Shown here in pieces: positions 53,492 through 64,000 of a stretch of 64,000 nt of DNA. Under the pieces are notes generated by a model. The model searched no databases. It worked only from the letters and a program-made list of their open reading frames with translations, and was not told where the DNA came from. Positions within the stretch are counted from its first letter, which is position 1; each line of letters begins with the position of its first letter. Source of the DNA: a virus (lineage: Duplodnaviria; Caudoviricetes); the IMG/VR virus record IMGVR_UViG_3300040811_001959. One strand, given 5' to 3'. A program made the translations under genes and the position numbers.

Positions 53492-56400
53492 ATGGCATCA
53501 ACTGATAGACAAAATAGATTATTAGTAGCCGAAGACTGGAAAAGAATATACCAAAGTTATACAAGTGCAGAATTTCAAAGTTATGATTTTGACAGTCTTC
53601 GCAGGGTAATGATAAATTATCTAAGAGAAAAGTATCCTGAAGATTTTAATGATTATATTGAAAGTTCAGAATATATAGCGTTAATTGACTTAATTGCATT
53701 CTTAGGACAAAATTTATCTTTTAGGATTGATTTAAATGCTAGAGAAAACTTTTTAGAGTTAGCCGAGCGTAGAGAAAGTGTATTACGATTAGCAAGATTA
53801 CTAAGTTATAGTCCTAAAAGAAATATTTGTGCAAATGGATTATTGAAAATAACTAGTGTAAGAACAACAGAAAGCATTATTGATTCTAACAATCTAAATT
53901 TAGAAGGGCAAAATATTATATGGAATGACCCTAGTAATAATAACTGGTATGAGCAGTACATTAGAGTGTTAAATGCTGCATTTGATGTCAATAATAAATT
54001 TGGACAACCGTATAAAAGTGATACAATTAATAATTTATTAACAGAAAGATATAGAGTAAATTCATCGCAAACAGGATTACCTATTTTTAATTTTGCAAAA
54101 TCTATCGATGGTCAGACAGTCAGATTTGAAATAGTTCCTGTTGATTTTTCAAACGATATTATTGAAAAAGCACCTTTACCAGGAGATAAATTTAGCCTTT
54201 TATACAGAGAAGATGGTATAGGACCTGCTAGTATTAATACTGGATTTTTCGTTATGTTTAAACAAGGTACTTTAGATCAAGGAAATTTTACAGTAGAAAG
54301 TCCAAATGCTAATCAAATTGTAACTATAGATTCCATTAATATAAACAATGACGATGTATGGTTATATTCACTAAATGCAGATACTTCAATAAATGAATTA
54401 TGGACAAAAGTTGATGCAATTGAAGGAAACAATATAATTTATAATGATGTCGGAAAAGATATAAGGAATATTTATTCTGTATTAACCAGGGTTAATGACA
54501 GGATTAGTTTAATTTTTTCAGATGGAACTTTTGGTGCGCTTCCTCAAGGTAATTTTAGAGTTTATTATCGCACAAGTAGAAATTCAAATTTAGTAATAAA
54601 TCCGAGAGATATGTTAGGCATTGGTATTTCAATTGATTATACAAGTGCGAGCCAAAAAATTGAAACTTTAAATTTAGTTTTAGAATTACAGTATACAGTT
54701 GATAATGCGTCTATAGCAGAGTCTAATGATTCAATAAAGCAAAGAGCGCCTATGAGTTATTATACACAAAATCGGTTAATTACAGCAGAAGATTATCAGA
54801 TTGGACCATTATTAGCAAGTACAAAAATTGTAAAAACTAAAAGTATTAACAGGTTATCATCTGGCATTTCACGATATATTGATTTGAAAGATGCAACAGG
54901 AAAATATAGTAAAACAAATTTATTTGCTACAGACGGAATTTTATATAAAGAAATTTTTACAAAAAAATTTAATTTTACTTTTGAAACAGATTTAGATATT
55001 GAAAAAGTTTTACTAAATCAAGTCAATCCTTTGTTAAATGCAACACAAACGAAAAATTATTATTTTCATGTAGTTGCTGCTATTCCATATGTAGATCAAG
55101 GGTTGACTTGGGTAGATGTTTATAATGATGTAAATTACTTTACAGGGTATTTACAAAATAGCAACAATATTAGACAAGTTTTAGGAACTTTTACCCAGTC
55201 TATTTTAAAATTTATTAGGCCTAATAGTTTGTTAAAATTTGTACCGCCTAACGGTATGCATTTTGATCCAGATGGAAATTTAAAGATTGGTCAAGCAGAT
55301 TATAAAAATTCAACAAACTATAAATGGGTTAAATGTATAAAATTTGAAAATGACGGTACTAACGAGCTAGATAATGGCGATGGTCCAGTTTTATTAAATG
55401 ATTTTATTCCTACTGGTGCAATATTAGCAGAAATTAGACCTTTTGTATCTCAAATACTTACTGATGATGTAAAAAAAGAAGTAGTGTCATTAATCTTAGC
55501 TTATCAAACATTTGGTTTACGATTTGATAGAGGCACTGCTAAATGGCAAATTATTAAAGAAGAAAATTTAAATGTTGTAGATAACTATAATGAAGGAAAA
55601 GCAGGCGACATAACTGGCCAGAAATTAGATTCAACATGGATAATAAAATTTACAACATCGAGAGAGATATATGATGTTGAGCACAGAGCTGCTAGGTACA
55701 TATTTGAAAGCGAAAACGAAGTAAATTTTTATTTTGACGAGTCGGATAAAATTTATGATAACAGAACTGGAAAAATTATCAAAGATAAAATCTCAGTTCT
55801 GTCAATTAATACTTTGCCTTTTTATAATGATCAACAGGGAACAGAAAATTTTACACAAGATTTCAATTGGCAAATTATGGAATCCTATAGAGATGAATTA
55901 GGATATGTAACGAGTGATAAAGTTGCAGTTGAGTTTTTTGACAGTGACGATGACGGAATATCAGATGATGAAAGTATGTTTGAGGAGATTGTAAATCCTA
56001 GTTATAACAATGGATTAAATTCTTTTGTATTTCAAGAAAAATATCTTTCGGTAAATGGAGTAGAGAGATATAAGCATTTTCCTAATAATAATAATGAAAT
56101 CATAGTTTTACAAACAAAAAATAATGTAGGACCGCTAAGTCAATATGATAATAATCAAATATTTTATTACATTGATACAAATATTTTTCAAAAATTTAAT
56201 AAAAATCTAAATTTACTTGATACAATAGTTGATTATAAAGCATTTTTAGGTAGAAATAATTTAAAGTTTCAATATGAACACGCAGCTGATCAATCTGCAC
56301 GTATCGATCCAAGTCAAACAAACATTGTTGATGTTTACGTGTTAACTTCAGATTATGATACTCAATTTAGAAAATATTTGAATAATACTATTACAACAAA

Positions 56401-56923
56401 ACCGTTACCATTATCAAGTGACCAACTTTATGTAAGTTATGGTACCCAATTAAATTCTATTAAATCAATTACAGATGAACTAATATATCATCCTGCCAAA
56501 TATAGAATAATTTTTGGAAGTAAAGCAGACGAGACATTGCAGGTAATATTTAAAGTAATAAAAAATACTGAATTAGTGTTAAATGATAATGAAGTAAAGT
56601 CTAGAATAGTAACTTATATAAATCAATTCTTTTCTTTAACAAATTGGGATTTTGGAGAAACATTTTATTTTTCCGAATTATCAGCTTACATAATTAAAGA
56701 AATGGCTCCGGATATTACAACATTATTAATAGTTCCAGTTCAAATTGAACAAGTATATGGAAGTCTTTATCAAATAAAATGCGAAGATGACGAATTGTTA
56801 ATTAGTGGAGCAACAGTAAGCGATATAGAAATTATTGATGAAATTAGTGCAGATAAAATTAAAGCAACTGGAGCAGTTGTTGTTAGTTCTTATTCAGCAA
56901 ACACAGGAATACAGTCTTCATAA
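53492..56923 (+). CDS. gp6: Baseplate wedge protein (gp6-like), 1143 aa
   Basis: SYDFDSLR, ARENFLELAERRESVLRLA..L.Y.P, FSDGTFG.LP, APMSYYTQNRLITAEDY. Confidence 0.85.
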   Translation: MASTDRQNRLLVAEDWKRIYQSYTSAEFQSYDFDSLRRVMINYLREKYPEDFNDYIESSEYIALIDLIAFLGQNLSFRIDLNARENFLELAERRESVLRLARLLSYSPKRNICANGLLKITSVRTTESIIDSNNLNLEGQNIIWNDPSNNNWYEQYIRVLNAAFDVNNKFGQPYKSDTINNLLTERYRVNSSQTGLPIFNFAKSIDGQTVRFEIVPVDFSNDIIEKAPLPGDKFSLLYREDGIGPASINTGFFVMFKQGTLDQGNFTVESPNANQIVTIDSININNDDVWLYSLNADTSINELWTKVDAIEGNNIIYNDVGKDIRNIYSVLTRVNDRISLIFSDGTFGALPQGNFRVYYRTSRNSNLVINPRDMLGIGISIDYTSASQKIETLNLVLELQYTVDNASIAESNDSIKQRAPMSYYTQNRLITAEDYQIGPLLASTKIVKTKSINRLSSGISRYIDLKDATGKYSKTNLFATDGILYKEIFTKKFNFTFETDLDIEKVLLNQVNPLLNATQTKNYYFHVVAAIPYVDQGLTWVDVYNDVNYFTGYLQNSNNIRQVLGTFTQSILKFIRPNSLLKFVPPNGMHFDPDGNLKIGQADYKNSTNYKWVKCIKFENDGTNELDNGDGPVLLNDFIPTGAILAEIRPFVSQILTDDVKKEVVSLILAYQTFGLRFDRGTAKWQIIKEENLNVVDNYNEGKAGDITGQKLDSTWIIKFTTSREIYDVEHRAARYIFESENEVNFYFDESDKIYDNRTGKIIKDKISVLSINTLPFYNDQQGTENFTQDFNWQIMESYRDELGYVTSDKVAVEFFDSDDDGISDDESMFEEIVNPSYNNGLNSFVFQEKYLSVNGVERYKHFPNNNNEIIVLQTKNNVGPLSQYDNNQIFYYIDTNIFQKFNKNLNLLDTIVDYKAFLGRNNLKFQYEHAADQSARIDPSQTNIVDVYVLTSDYDTQFRKYLNNTITTKPLPLSSDQLYVSYGTQLNSIKSITDELIYHPAKYRIIFGSKADETLQVIFKVIKNTELVLNDNEVKSRIVTYINQFFSLTNWDFGETFYFSELSAYIIKEMAPDITTLLIVPVQIEQVYGSLYQIKCEDDELLISGATVSDIEIIDEISADKIKATGAVVVSSYSANTGIQSS

Positions 56924-56935
56924 TAAGGATAGTTA

Positions 56936-59900
56936 ATGGCGTATAAAGATAATCAAACAGATCCAGCATTACCGGCAGATAATTTACCTAGACGAGAAAC
57001 AGTAAATCATTTACCTAAATATTTTAGGACAGATTTTAATAAAAAATTTTTAAATGCTACATTAGATCAAATGGTTCAACCTGGTGTTGTTGAAAAAATA
57101 AACGGTTTTTATGGTAAAAAAAATGCAAAAGCTTTTGATGCAAATGACAATTATATAAATGATATAACACCAGATAGACAAAATTATCAGTTAGAACCAA
57201 TTACTATATCTAAAGATAATTTAAACAATATTAATTTTTTTGCAGATTATAATGATTATATTAATTTCATTAAAATTAGACATGGAAATTTAGATCATAG
57301 TGTTCTTAACAGTCAAGAATATTATTCATGGAATCCCCATATCAATTGGGATAAATTCATAAATTTTAGAGAATATTATTGGTTACCAAACGGACCAGAA
57401 ACAATTACTATTTCTGGTCAATCAAAAGAAGTAGTAAGTGAATATACTGTAAGTTTGCGCGATAATGATGATAATTTTACATATATTTTTACTCCAGATG
57501 GATTGACAAATAATCCTAGTCTTACTTTATATAGAGGACAAACTTATAGGTTTGATGTAAATACGCCAAATTATCCTATCGCATTTGTTTCAAGAATAAC
57601 ATTTACACCAGGAGAAGAAATTGATGCTGAATATAATTCATCTTTAATTTATACTAATGGTATTAAAAAAATAGACAGAGATGGCTTAGAAATTACAGCT
57701 GATTTTGTTGACGATGGCATAATAGAGTTTGTTGTTCCTGAAGTAGCACCTGATAATCTTTTTTATATTTCTAAAGATGATCCAAATTTGTCTGGTATTA
57801 TAAAAATATTTGATGTTGTAGAAAATACTGAAATAAATGTAGATAAAGAAATTTTAGGAAAAAAGTCATATTTAACAAGCGGTGGCTTTCATTTATCAAA
57901 TGGAATGAAGATAGAATTTGCAGGAAATGTTTTTCCAGAAGAATTTAGTACTGGAGAATATTATGTAGAAGGTGTCGGAGAGAAAATTGAGCTTATAGAC
58001 ACAAATAGATTAAAATTGTCTAGTTTATTTGTAGATGATTTAGAAATACCGTTTGATGATAACGGGTTTGATCAATATCCATACAGTGAAGCTTTAGGAT
58101 ATGCTGTAAGTAAAGATTATATAACAATTAATAGAAGTTCAATAGATGGAAATTTGTGGAGCAAGTACAACCGATGGTTTCATATTGACGTTATAGAACA
58201 ATCATTAAAAATTAATAATCAAGCAATTGAAATAAATCAAAATTTAAGGGCAAAAAGACCAATAATTGAATTTGAAAAAAACTTAAAATTGTTTGAGTTT
58301 GGAACAGTTGCAAAAAATGATGTTTGGTTAGTAGATGACGTAACAACAGATGTTTTTTCTACAATAGAAGGAAGTATTGGTTATAATATTGACGGAGTTG
58401 ATTTAACTGAAGGTATTAGGATTCTTTTTTTAGCTGACAATGATATTTTAGTTAAAGGCAAAATTTTTAAAGTAAAATTTATTACAGTTAACAATAATAC
58501 TCAAATTACACTTATTGAAGAACCTGATACTAATCCAATTGAAAATGAGAATGTATTAGTAAGAGAAGGAAAAACATATAAAAGTAAATCATTGTATTAT
58601 GACGGAAATGAGTGGAAGATTTGTCAACAAAAAAATAATGTTAATCAAGCTCCACTATTTGATATGTATGATTACAATGGAGTGGCATTTACTGATTCAA
58701 ATGTGTATCCGTTTTCACAATTTAGTGGAAATAAAATTTTTAGTTATAAAGAAAGCTCTAATACAATTGACGTTGAATTAGGGTTTGGGTTATCCTATAG
58801 AAATATTGTTAATAGTGGCGATATAATATTTGAATTCAATTTATTACAAGATAGTTTTCCATTTACAAATAATAATAATCTAGTTACTGAAGTAAAAACT
58901 GATATTGGATTTTTAAGAAAATACAGTAGTTTAACTGATTATGTGTCTGTGAATGGGTGGTCAACTGCTAGTACTAAAACACAACAAGTTGTAATTAGAC
59001 AATATGTAGTAGAAGATGTAACAAATTTATTTGAAATAGATGTGTATGATAATTATATTGATGATAAAGAATTATGGTTACGAGTTTATGTTAATGGAAA
59101 TATAAAAGAGCTTGATAAAGATTATTTTTTAGAAAGAAATGTAAATGATGATCTGTTTATTAATTTTGTTATACCTATAAAATTAAAAGATAATATTATT
59201 ATAAAAACAAAATATAAAAGTATAAAAAATGATAACGGATATTATGAATTACCTTATAGTTTAGAAAGAAATCCTTTAAATGAAAACGTTACAGATTTTA
59301 CTCTTGGCGAAGTTATAGATCACGGTTCTACTATTGTAGAAGAAAGTACATCATTTAGAGGAAAATTTCCTGGAAAAAGTAATTTACGAGATTTAGGTAA
59401 TTTATCTATTTATGGCAGGAAATTTTTAAAACATACCTGTCCATTAAATTTGTCAATCTATCATTTATTAGATAAAGATGTAAACGTGTTAGCCGCTATT
59501 GATAATGCAAACGATTTATACGGAAAATTTAAAAGACAATTTGTAGAAATAGCTAATGATTTAGGTTACAATGGACCAATTAAAGAGCATGTTGATTTAA
59601 TATTAGATGAATATACAAAAGGAAAAAACAATAAAGATCCTTATTTTTTCAGTGATATGGCTGCCAGTAAAGGGGTAATTGTTTACAAAGAAATAATAGT
59701 TGATACTGATCAAAGGTATTTTCAATTGTCTAAAATACATAATAACAATATGTTGGGTAATAAAGCAGTCAGCGTTTATAGAAATGGTAAACAATTGATC
59801 TATGGTCAGGATTATACTTTTAACACTGAAGGATTTGTTGATTTTTTTGGATTTAAAAAAGTTGACGATATTATAGAAATATGTGAGTATGACAATACCA

Positions 59901-62900
59901 ATGGATCATATATACCACCTACTCCTACGAAATTAGGTTTGTATCCTAAATATATTCCAGAAATTTTTATAGATAATACAAATAATAGTTTTATTACTGA
60001 AGAAAATAAAGGACCATATAAATTTTATGGACTGCAAAAAAATGAGCCAAATGACGAAGATATATTAGGATGGTTTTATCCTCTATATTTAGATTATGAT
60101 TTAGCTTGTATTTCTGATGAAAACAATGAATGTGTTATTATAACTTTTGCTGGGTTAAATCGTGTTTTTTATATGCCTAAATCTGATCAAAATAAAGGAG
60201 CACAAGATTCTATCTATTTTGACGAATGGAACGAAGGAAATGTCTACATACAAGGTCATGACGGTAGTTTAGTTTATGCATATAAAGATTTTCGAGATGA
60301 ATTAATTTTAGAAATAGAAAAAAGAATTTATAACAATATTAAAATAAATTATGATACAAATTTGTTTGATATAAATGAAATAATTCCTGGTCGTTATAGA
60401 AATACTAATATAACAAGAAGCAGCTTAAATGATCCATTAATTAGTGACTTTATAAAATGGACAAGATTTATAAATGTTGAATATGCTATGCATCAGTATT
60501 TTGATGTTAATAATAGTTTTACTTACAATTATAACGGAAGCAAGTTAGATAATTACGAAGTGTCTCCTGGGTGGTGGAGACAAATTTATACATACCTTTT
60601 TGATACTGATAGACCACACACGCATCCATGGGAAATGCTAGGATTTAGTATTAAACCAATATGGTGGGATGATCAATATGGAAGTTACCCATATACCTCA
60701 GACAATTTATTAATGTGGTCAGATATAGAAAAAGGCATAATTAGACAGCCTAATTTTTTTATCAATAAAAAATATACAAGACCAGGCTTAACAAAAATTA
60801 TTCCTGTTGATAACAAAGGAAATTTAGTAAGTCCTTCTAAATCTGGTGTAATTAAATATTATGATAAAAAATTAGTTAAAAAATCTTTTGTATTTGGTGA
60901 CGGGTCTCCTGTTGAAACAGTTTGGAGAAGATCGAGTAATTATAGATTTAGTTTGATAAAAAGTTTGATACTTTGTAAGCCTAGTTATGTATTTGGAACA
61001 GGGTTCGATAGGGCTAATCAAGTTAGGAATGATTCAGAGCAGATTATTTATTTGCCTACACAAAACCATTTTAGGTTACAAGATTTAGTTTTTCCATATG
61101 TAGAAAATGAAAATTTTTACACAAGTGGTCTTATTAATTATATTGCAGAAAATCAAAATACTTTATTTTTTAATAATTATGAAAATTATAGAAACATTTT
61201 AGTATCTCTAAATAATCAAATTTCATTTAAAGTTGGAGGATTTACCGATAAAGATAAATTTAAATTAATTTTAGATAGTAGAACACCTTTAAATGAAGGA
61301 AATGTTTTTATTCCATTAGAAAATTATGATATTTTGTTCTTAAAAAGTTATCCTATAGATGAATATGTATATAGTGGTGTTGTAATTGAAAAACAAGCCG
61401 AAGGATGGTATATTAGCGGTTATGACACAGCTTATTCTAAATTTAAATACATTCCGATAATACCGAGAGATGCTGATACAACAATAAATGTAGGAGGTAT
61501 AAGCAAGTCATATGTTACATGGGAAGCTGGTAAAACATATGCAATTGACGCTATAGTAAAAGTTGGTGATGATAGTTTTTATAGATGTAAAATTACGCAT
61601 GTAAGTGGTGATAATTTTGATAATTCTAAATTTGTAACTTTGCCTAGATTACCTATTGTTGGTGGAGTTGATGCAAAAACTAGGAGATATTTTTCACAAA
61701 ATGTCGAAGAATTATCTTACGGAACGTTATTATATGATATACAAGAGGTTGTTGATTTTTTGTATGGTTATGGTCATTATTTAAAAACAGTTGGATTTAC
61801 ATTTGATAGATTTGTAGAAAGCCAGTTAGAAGTTGCAGATTGGAGCTATGCAGTAAAACAATTTTTATTTTGGACAACTCAAAATTGGGGTGCAGGTTCT
61901 TTAATTACAGTGAGTCCAGGTGCAGATAGATTAAATTTTTCTACAAATTATGGAAGTGTTGGTAATGTAATAGATACTTCCCAAGGTTATTCTATATATA
62001 AAGCTGATGGAACAGTGATTAAAACGTCAGAGGTAAACTTTAATAGAGATAATGATAATAATTTTAGTGTAACAACTACAGGTAATGATGGTATTTATTT
62101 TATTAGAATACCCACTAATTATGCAGAGCATGTAGTTATTATAGATGATAGAACAGAATTTAATGATATAATATATGAAAAAAATTCAGGATATAGGCAA
62201 GAAAGAATTAAGGTAATAGGTTATAGAACAAATGCATGGAAAGGATCACTAGATATTCCAGGTTTCTTTTATGATGACGCAAAAGTTAAAGAATGGCAAC
62301 AATATGTAGCATATAATGTAGGAGATATTGTAAAATATAAAGAATTTTATTTTGTAGCTAAAAATAAAATTGATGCAGTTGAGAATTTTGATTTTACGGA
62401 TTGGAAAAAACTTGATACCTTAAAAGAAGCTGGATTGTACACTAATTTTGATTATAGGATAGAACAGTTTAAAGATTTTTATGATTTAGATAGTGATAAT
62501 TTAGATGTAGAACAACAAAAAATGGCTCAACATTTAATTGGTTATCAAAAAAGGAATTATTTACAGAATATTATTAATAATGATGTAAGCCAATTTAAAT
62601 TTTATCAAGGGTTTATACAAGATAAAGGTTCTAAAAATTCGCTTACAAAGCTATTTGATGTTTTAGCAAGTGCAGATAAAGATAGTTTAGAATTTTATGA
62701 AGAATGGGCAATTAGGCAAGGAGTTTACGGTGCTGTAGATAATTTTTATGAATTTGATTTTAAATTAAATGAATCAAAATTTAGATTAACTCCTCAACCT
62801 GTTGAAATAAATGTTAACAATAAAGATAATATAGATTTAATTTATAGAATAAATCCAACTGAAGCATATTTTAGTGACGGTAATAGTTCTTCACCGTTTC

Positions 62901-64000
62901 CGTCTTTCAATAATACAAAAACTTATGTAAAACATGCAGGTTATGTTTCTCCTAGTGATGTAGATTATACACTTGCAGATTATACAGATTTGTTAAAAGT
63001 AAATTTAAATGATATTAAAGTAAACGAATATTTTTGGATAGGTAATGATCCAAATGGTTGGAATATATATCAATATAAAAATTATAATAAATTTATCAAA
63101 TTTGAGGTCATCGGTACAGACAACCTTGCCTTAGAATTTGAATTTGATATAGAAGATGATTTTCAAATAGGACAAATAGTCGGTGTAAGTAATGTAGAAA
63201 AAATTACATTTGTTGGGCAAGATTCTACAGTAATTGCTAATGATTATGTAAGTTCTTTTTCAGGCGTTTTTCAAATTACGGATATTCAGATTAATAAGAT
63301 TATATGTGCATTAACTGATCTAGCATTATTAGTCCAGATTAATACAGACTCTTTACAAGGCGATACAACTGGAATAGTAAGTATTTTTTCGTCTGTTAGG
63401 GTTTCTAATTTACAAGGATTAGAACAGTTAGTGTTAAAAGATTATCAATTAAATAAGAAAATTTGGGTAGACGAAGATGCTGATAAAAATTGGAGTGTAT
63501 ATCAAATTAATCACGAGTTTAAACTTTCTACCTCTGTAACAAATCCTGCAAAAAATATTACATCGTTTGGAAACAAAATTAGTATTAATGATAGAAATAC
63601 AGTGTTAGCAATAGCAGATCCTTTACAAAATGACGGAATTGTTTATGTTTATACAAGGCCTAGTATAAATCAAAATTGGAAATTATTTCAAATATTATCA
63701 CCTGAAGAACCAGATAGCGAGTCGTTTAACATTGGTGATAGTGAGGAAAATGCAGGAATTATTTTTGTTATAACAAATAATAGTGTAGAAAATATAAATT
63801 TAGTATACAAAAATGGTGAAAAAATAAATGAAGCAAATTATAGCATTAATGTAGAGAATAATCAAGTAATAATGACATCTGCTATTTTAGCAGATGATAC
63901 TATAACAATATCTTTCCTTAAACACATCATACCTTATAAATTTGGAGCAAGTCTTGATGTAGAAAATAACAGCAATCATATAATTGTTGGCGCACCGGAT
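56936..64000 (+). CDS. Giant baseplate wedge protein (gp7-like, >2355 aa, runs off window) with FG-GAP repeats starting at the window end
   Basis: ATG at 56936 after AAGGA; HLPKYFRT..N.KFL.ATLDQ start; the frame checks out at the window end (FGASLDV..IIVGAPD). Absent from the ORF track because no stop codon lies in the window. Confidence 0.8.
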   Translation, partial: MAYKDNQTDPALPADNLPRRETVNHLPKYFRTDFNKKFLNATLDQMVQPGVVEKINGFYGKKNAKAFDANDNYINDITPDRQNYQLEPITISKDNLNNINFFADYNDYINFIKIRHGNLDHSVLNSQEYYSWNPHINWDKFINFREYYWLPNGPETITISGQSKEVVSEYTVSLRDNDDNFTYIFTPDGLTNNPSLTLYRGQTYRFDVNTPNYPIAFVSRITFTPGEEIDAEYNSSLIYTNGIKKIDRDGLEITADFVDDGIIEFVVPEVAPDNLFYISKDDPNLSGIIKIFDVVENTEINVDKEILGKKSYLTSGGFHLSNGMKIEFAGNVFPEEFSTGEYYVEGVGEKIELIDTNRLKLSSLFVDDLEIPFDDNGFDQYPYSEALGYAVSKDYITINRSSIDGNLWSKYNRWFHIDVIEQSLKINNQAIEINQNLRAKRPIIEFEKNLKLFEFGTVAKNDVWLVDDVTTDVFSTIEGSIGYNIDGVDLTEGIRILFLADNDILVKGKIFKVKFITVNNNTQITLIEEPDTNPIENENVLVREGKTYKSKSLYYDGNEWKICQQKNNVNQAPLFDMYDYNGVAFTDSNVYPFSQFSGNKIFSYKESSNTIDVELGFGLSYRNIVNSGDIIFEFNLLQDSFPFTNNNNLVTEVKTDIGFLRKYSSLTDYVSVNGWSTASTKTQQVVIRQYVVEDVTNLFEIDVYDNYIDDKELWLRVYVNGNIKELDKDYFLERNVNDDLFINFVIPIKLKDNIIIKTKYKSIKNDNGYYELPYSLERNPLNENVTDFTLGEVIDHGSTIVEESTSFRGKFPGKSNLRDLGNLSIYGRKFLKHTCPLNLSIYHLLDKDVNVLAAIDNANDLYGKFKRQFVEIANDLGYNGPIKEHVDLILDEYTKGKNNKDPYFFSDMAASKGVIVYKEIIVDTDQRYFQLSKIHNNNMLGNKAVSVYRNGKQLIYGQDYTFNTEGFVDFFGFKKVDDIIEICEYDNTNGSYIPPTPTKLGLYPKYIPEIFIDNTNNSFITEENKGPYKFYGLQKNEPNDEDILGWFYPLYLDYDLACISDENNECVIITFAGLNRVFYMPKSDQNKGAQDSIYFDEWNEGNVYIQGHDGSLVYAYKDFRDELILEIEKRIYNNIKINYDTNLFDINEIIPGRYRNTNITRSSLNDPLISDFIKWTRFINVEYAMHQYFDVNNSFTYNYNGSKLDNYEVSPGWWRQIYTYLFDTDRPHTHPWEMLGFSIKPIWWDDQYGSYPYTSDNLLMWSDIEKGIIRQPNFFINKKYTRPGLTKIIPVDNKGNLVSPSKSGVIKYYDKKLVKKSFVFGDGSPVETVWRRSSNYRFSLIKSLILCKPSYVFGTGFDRANQVRNDSEQIIYLPTQNHFRLQDLVFPYVENENFYTSGLINYIAENQNTLFFNNYENYRNILVSLNNQISFKVGGFTDKDKFKLILDSRTPLNEGNVFIPLENYDILFLKSYPIDEYVYSGVVIEKQAEGWYISGYDTAYSKFKYIPIIPRDADTTINVGGISKSYVTWEAGKTYAIDAIVKVGDDSFYRCKITHVSGDNFDNSKFVTLPRLPIVGGVDAKTRRYFSQNVEELSYGTLLYDIQEVVDFLYGYGHYLKTVGFTFDRFVESQLEVADWSYAVKQFLFWTTQNWGAGSLITVSPGADRLNFSTNYGSVGNVIDTSQGYSIYKADGTVIKTSEVNFNRDNDNNFSVTTTGNDGIYFIRIPTNYAEHVVIIDDRTEFNDIIYEKNSGYRQERIKVIGYRTNAWKGSLDIPGFFYDDAKVKEWQQYVAYNVGDIVKYKEFYFVAKNKIDAVENFDFTDWKKLDTLKEAGLYTNFDYRIEQFKDFYDLDSDNLDVEQQKMAQHLIGYQKRNYLQNIINNDVSQFKFYQGFIQDKGSKNSLTKLFDVLASADKDSLEFYEEWAIRQGVYGAVDNFYEFDFKLNESKFRLTPQPVEINVNNKDNIDLIYRINPTEAYFSDGNSSSPFPSFNNTKTYVKHAGYVSPSDVDYTLADYTDLLKVNLNDIKVNEYFWIGNDPNGWNIYQYKNYNKFIKFEVIGTDNLALEFEFDIEDDFQIGQIVGVSNVEKITFVGQDSTVIANDYVSSFSGVFQITDIQINKIICALTDLALLVQINTDSLQGDTTGIVSIFSSVRVSNLQGLEQLVLKDYQLNKKIWVDEDADKNWSVYQINHEFKLSTSVTNPAKNITSFGNKISINDRNTVLAIADPLQNDGIVYVYTRPSINQNWKLFQILSPEEPDSESFNIGDSEENAGIIFVITNNSVENINLVYKNGEKINEANYSINVENNQVIMTSAILADDTITISFLKHIIPYKFGASLDVENNSNHIIVGAPD

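Noticed and set aside
2997-59794. Many short ORF-track entries antisense to or nested in long genes (e.g. 2997..3248, 9378..9584, 34540..35091, 47459..47932)
   Set aside because: Shadow frames of well-supported genes, with low-complexity translations and no RBS or family motifs

Overview
This AT-rich 64 kb window comes from a large T4-like myovirus genome and holds most of its virion morphogenesis region. From 1 to 40645 (minus strand, in transcription order) it encodes a probable tape measure, portal gp20, an acidic core protein, protease gp21, scaffold gp22, major capsid gp23, an iscU auxiliary gene, and about 30 kb of giant fibre and appendage genes. From 40702 to 41762 (plus) lies a gp26/gp51-like chaperone pair. 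From 41754 to 47420 (minus) lie late sigma gp55, gp47/gp46, a histone-like protein, a resolvase-like nuclease, a ~320-nt structured non-coding element and a membrane protein. From 47496 to beyond 64000 (plus) is the baseplate operon (gp48/54-, gp53-, gp27-, gp5-, gp25-, gp6- and gp7-like). T4-type late promoters (xTAAATA) precede most structural units. The first and last genes run off the window and are missing from the ORF track. I found no tRNA, rRNA, CRISPR array or mobile element. Top leads: (1) nine Cys-containing repeats resembling the phycobiliprotein chromophore-binding helix inside two virion proteins; (2) a multi-hairpin element whose two hairpins share a GUAC-containing loop, downstream of the nuclease; (3) a probable -1 programmed frameshift joining the gp26- and gp51-like genes; (4) a sigma70 promoter for the late sigma operon overlapped by an opposing late promoter; (5) an in-frame TAA+RBS split of a fibre gene; (6) a homopolymer-frameshifted gene in the head cluster. 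Family assignments come from recalled motifs, not from database searches.
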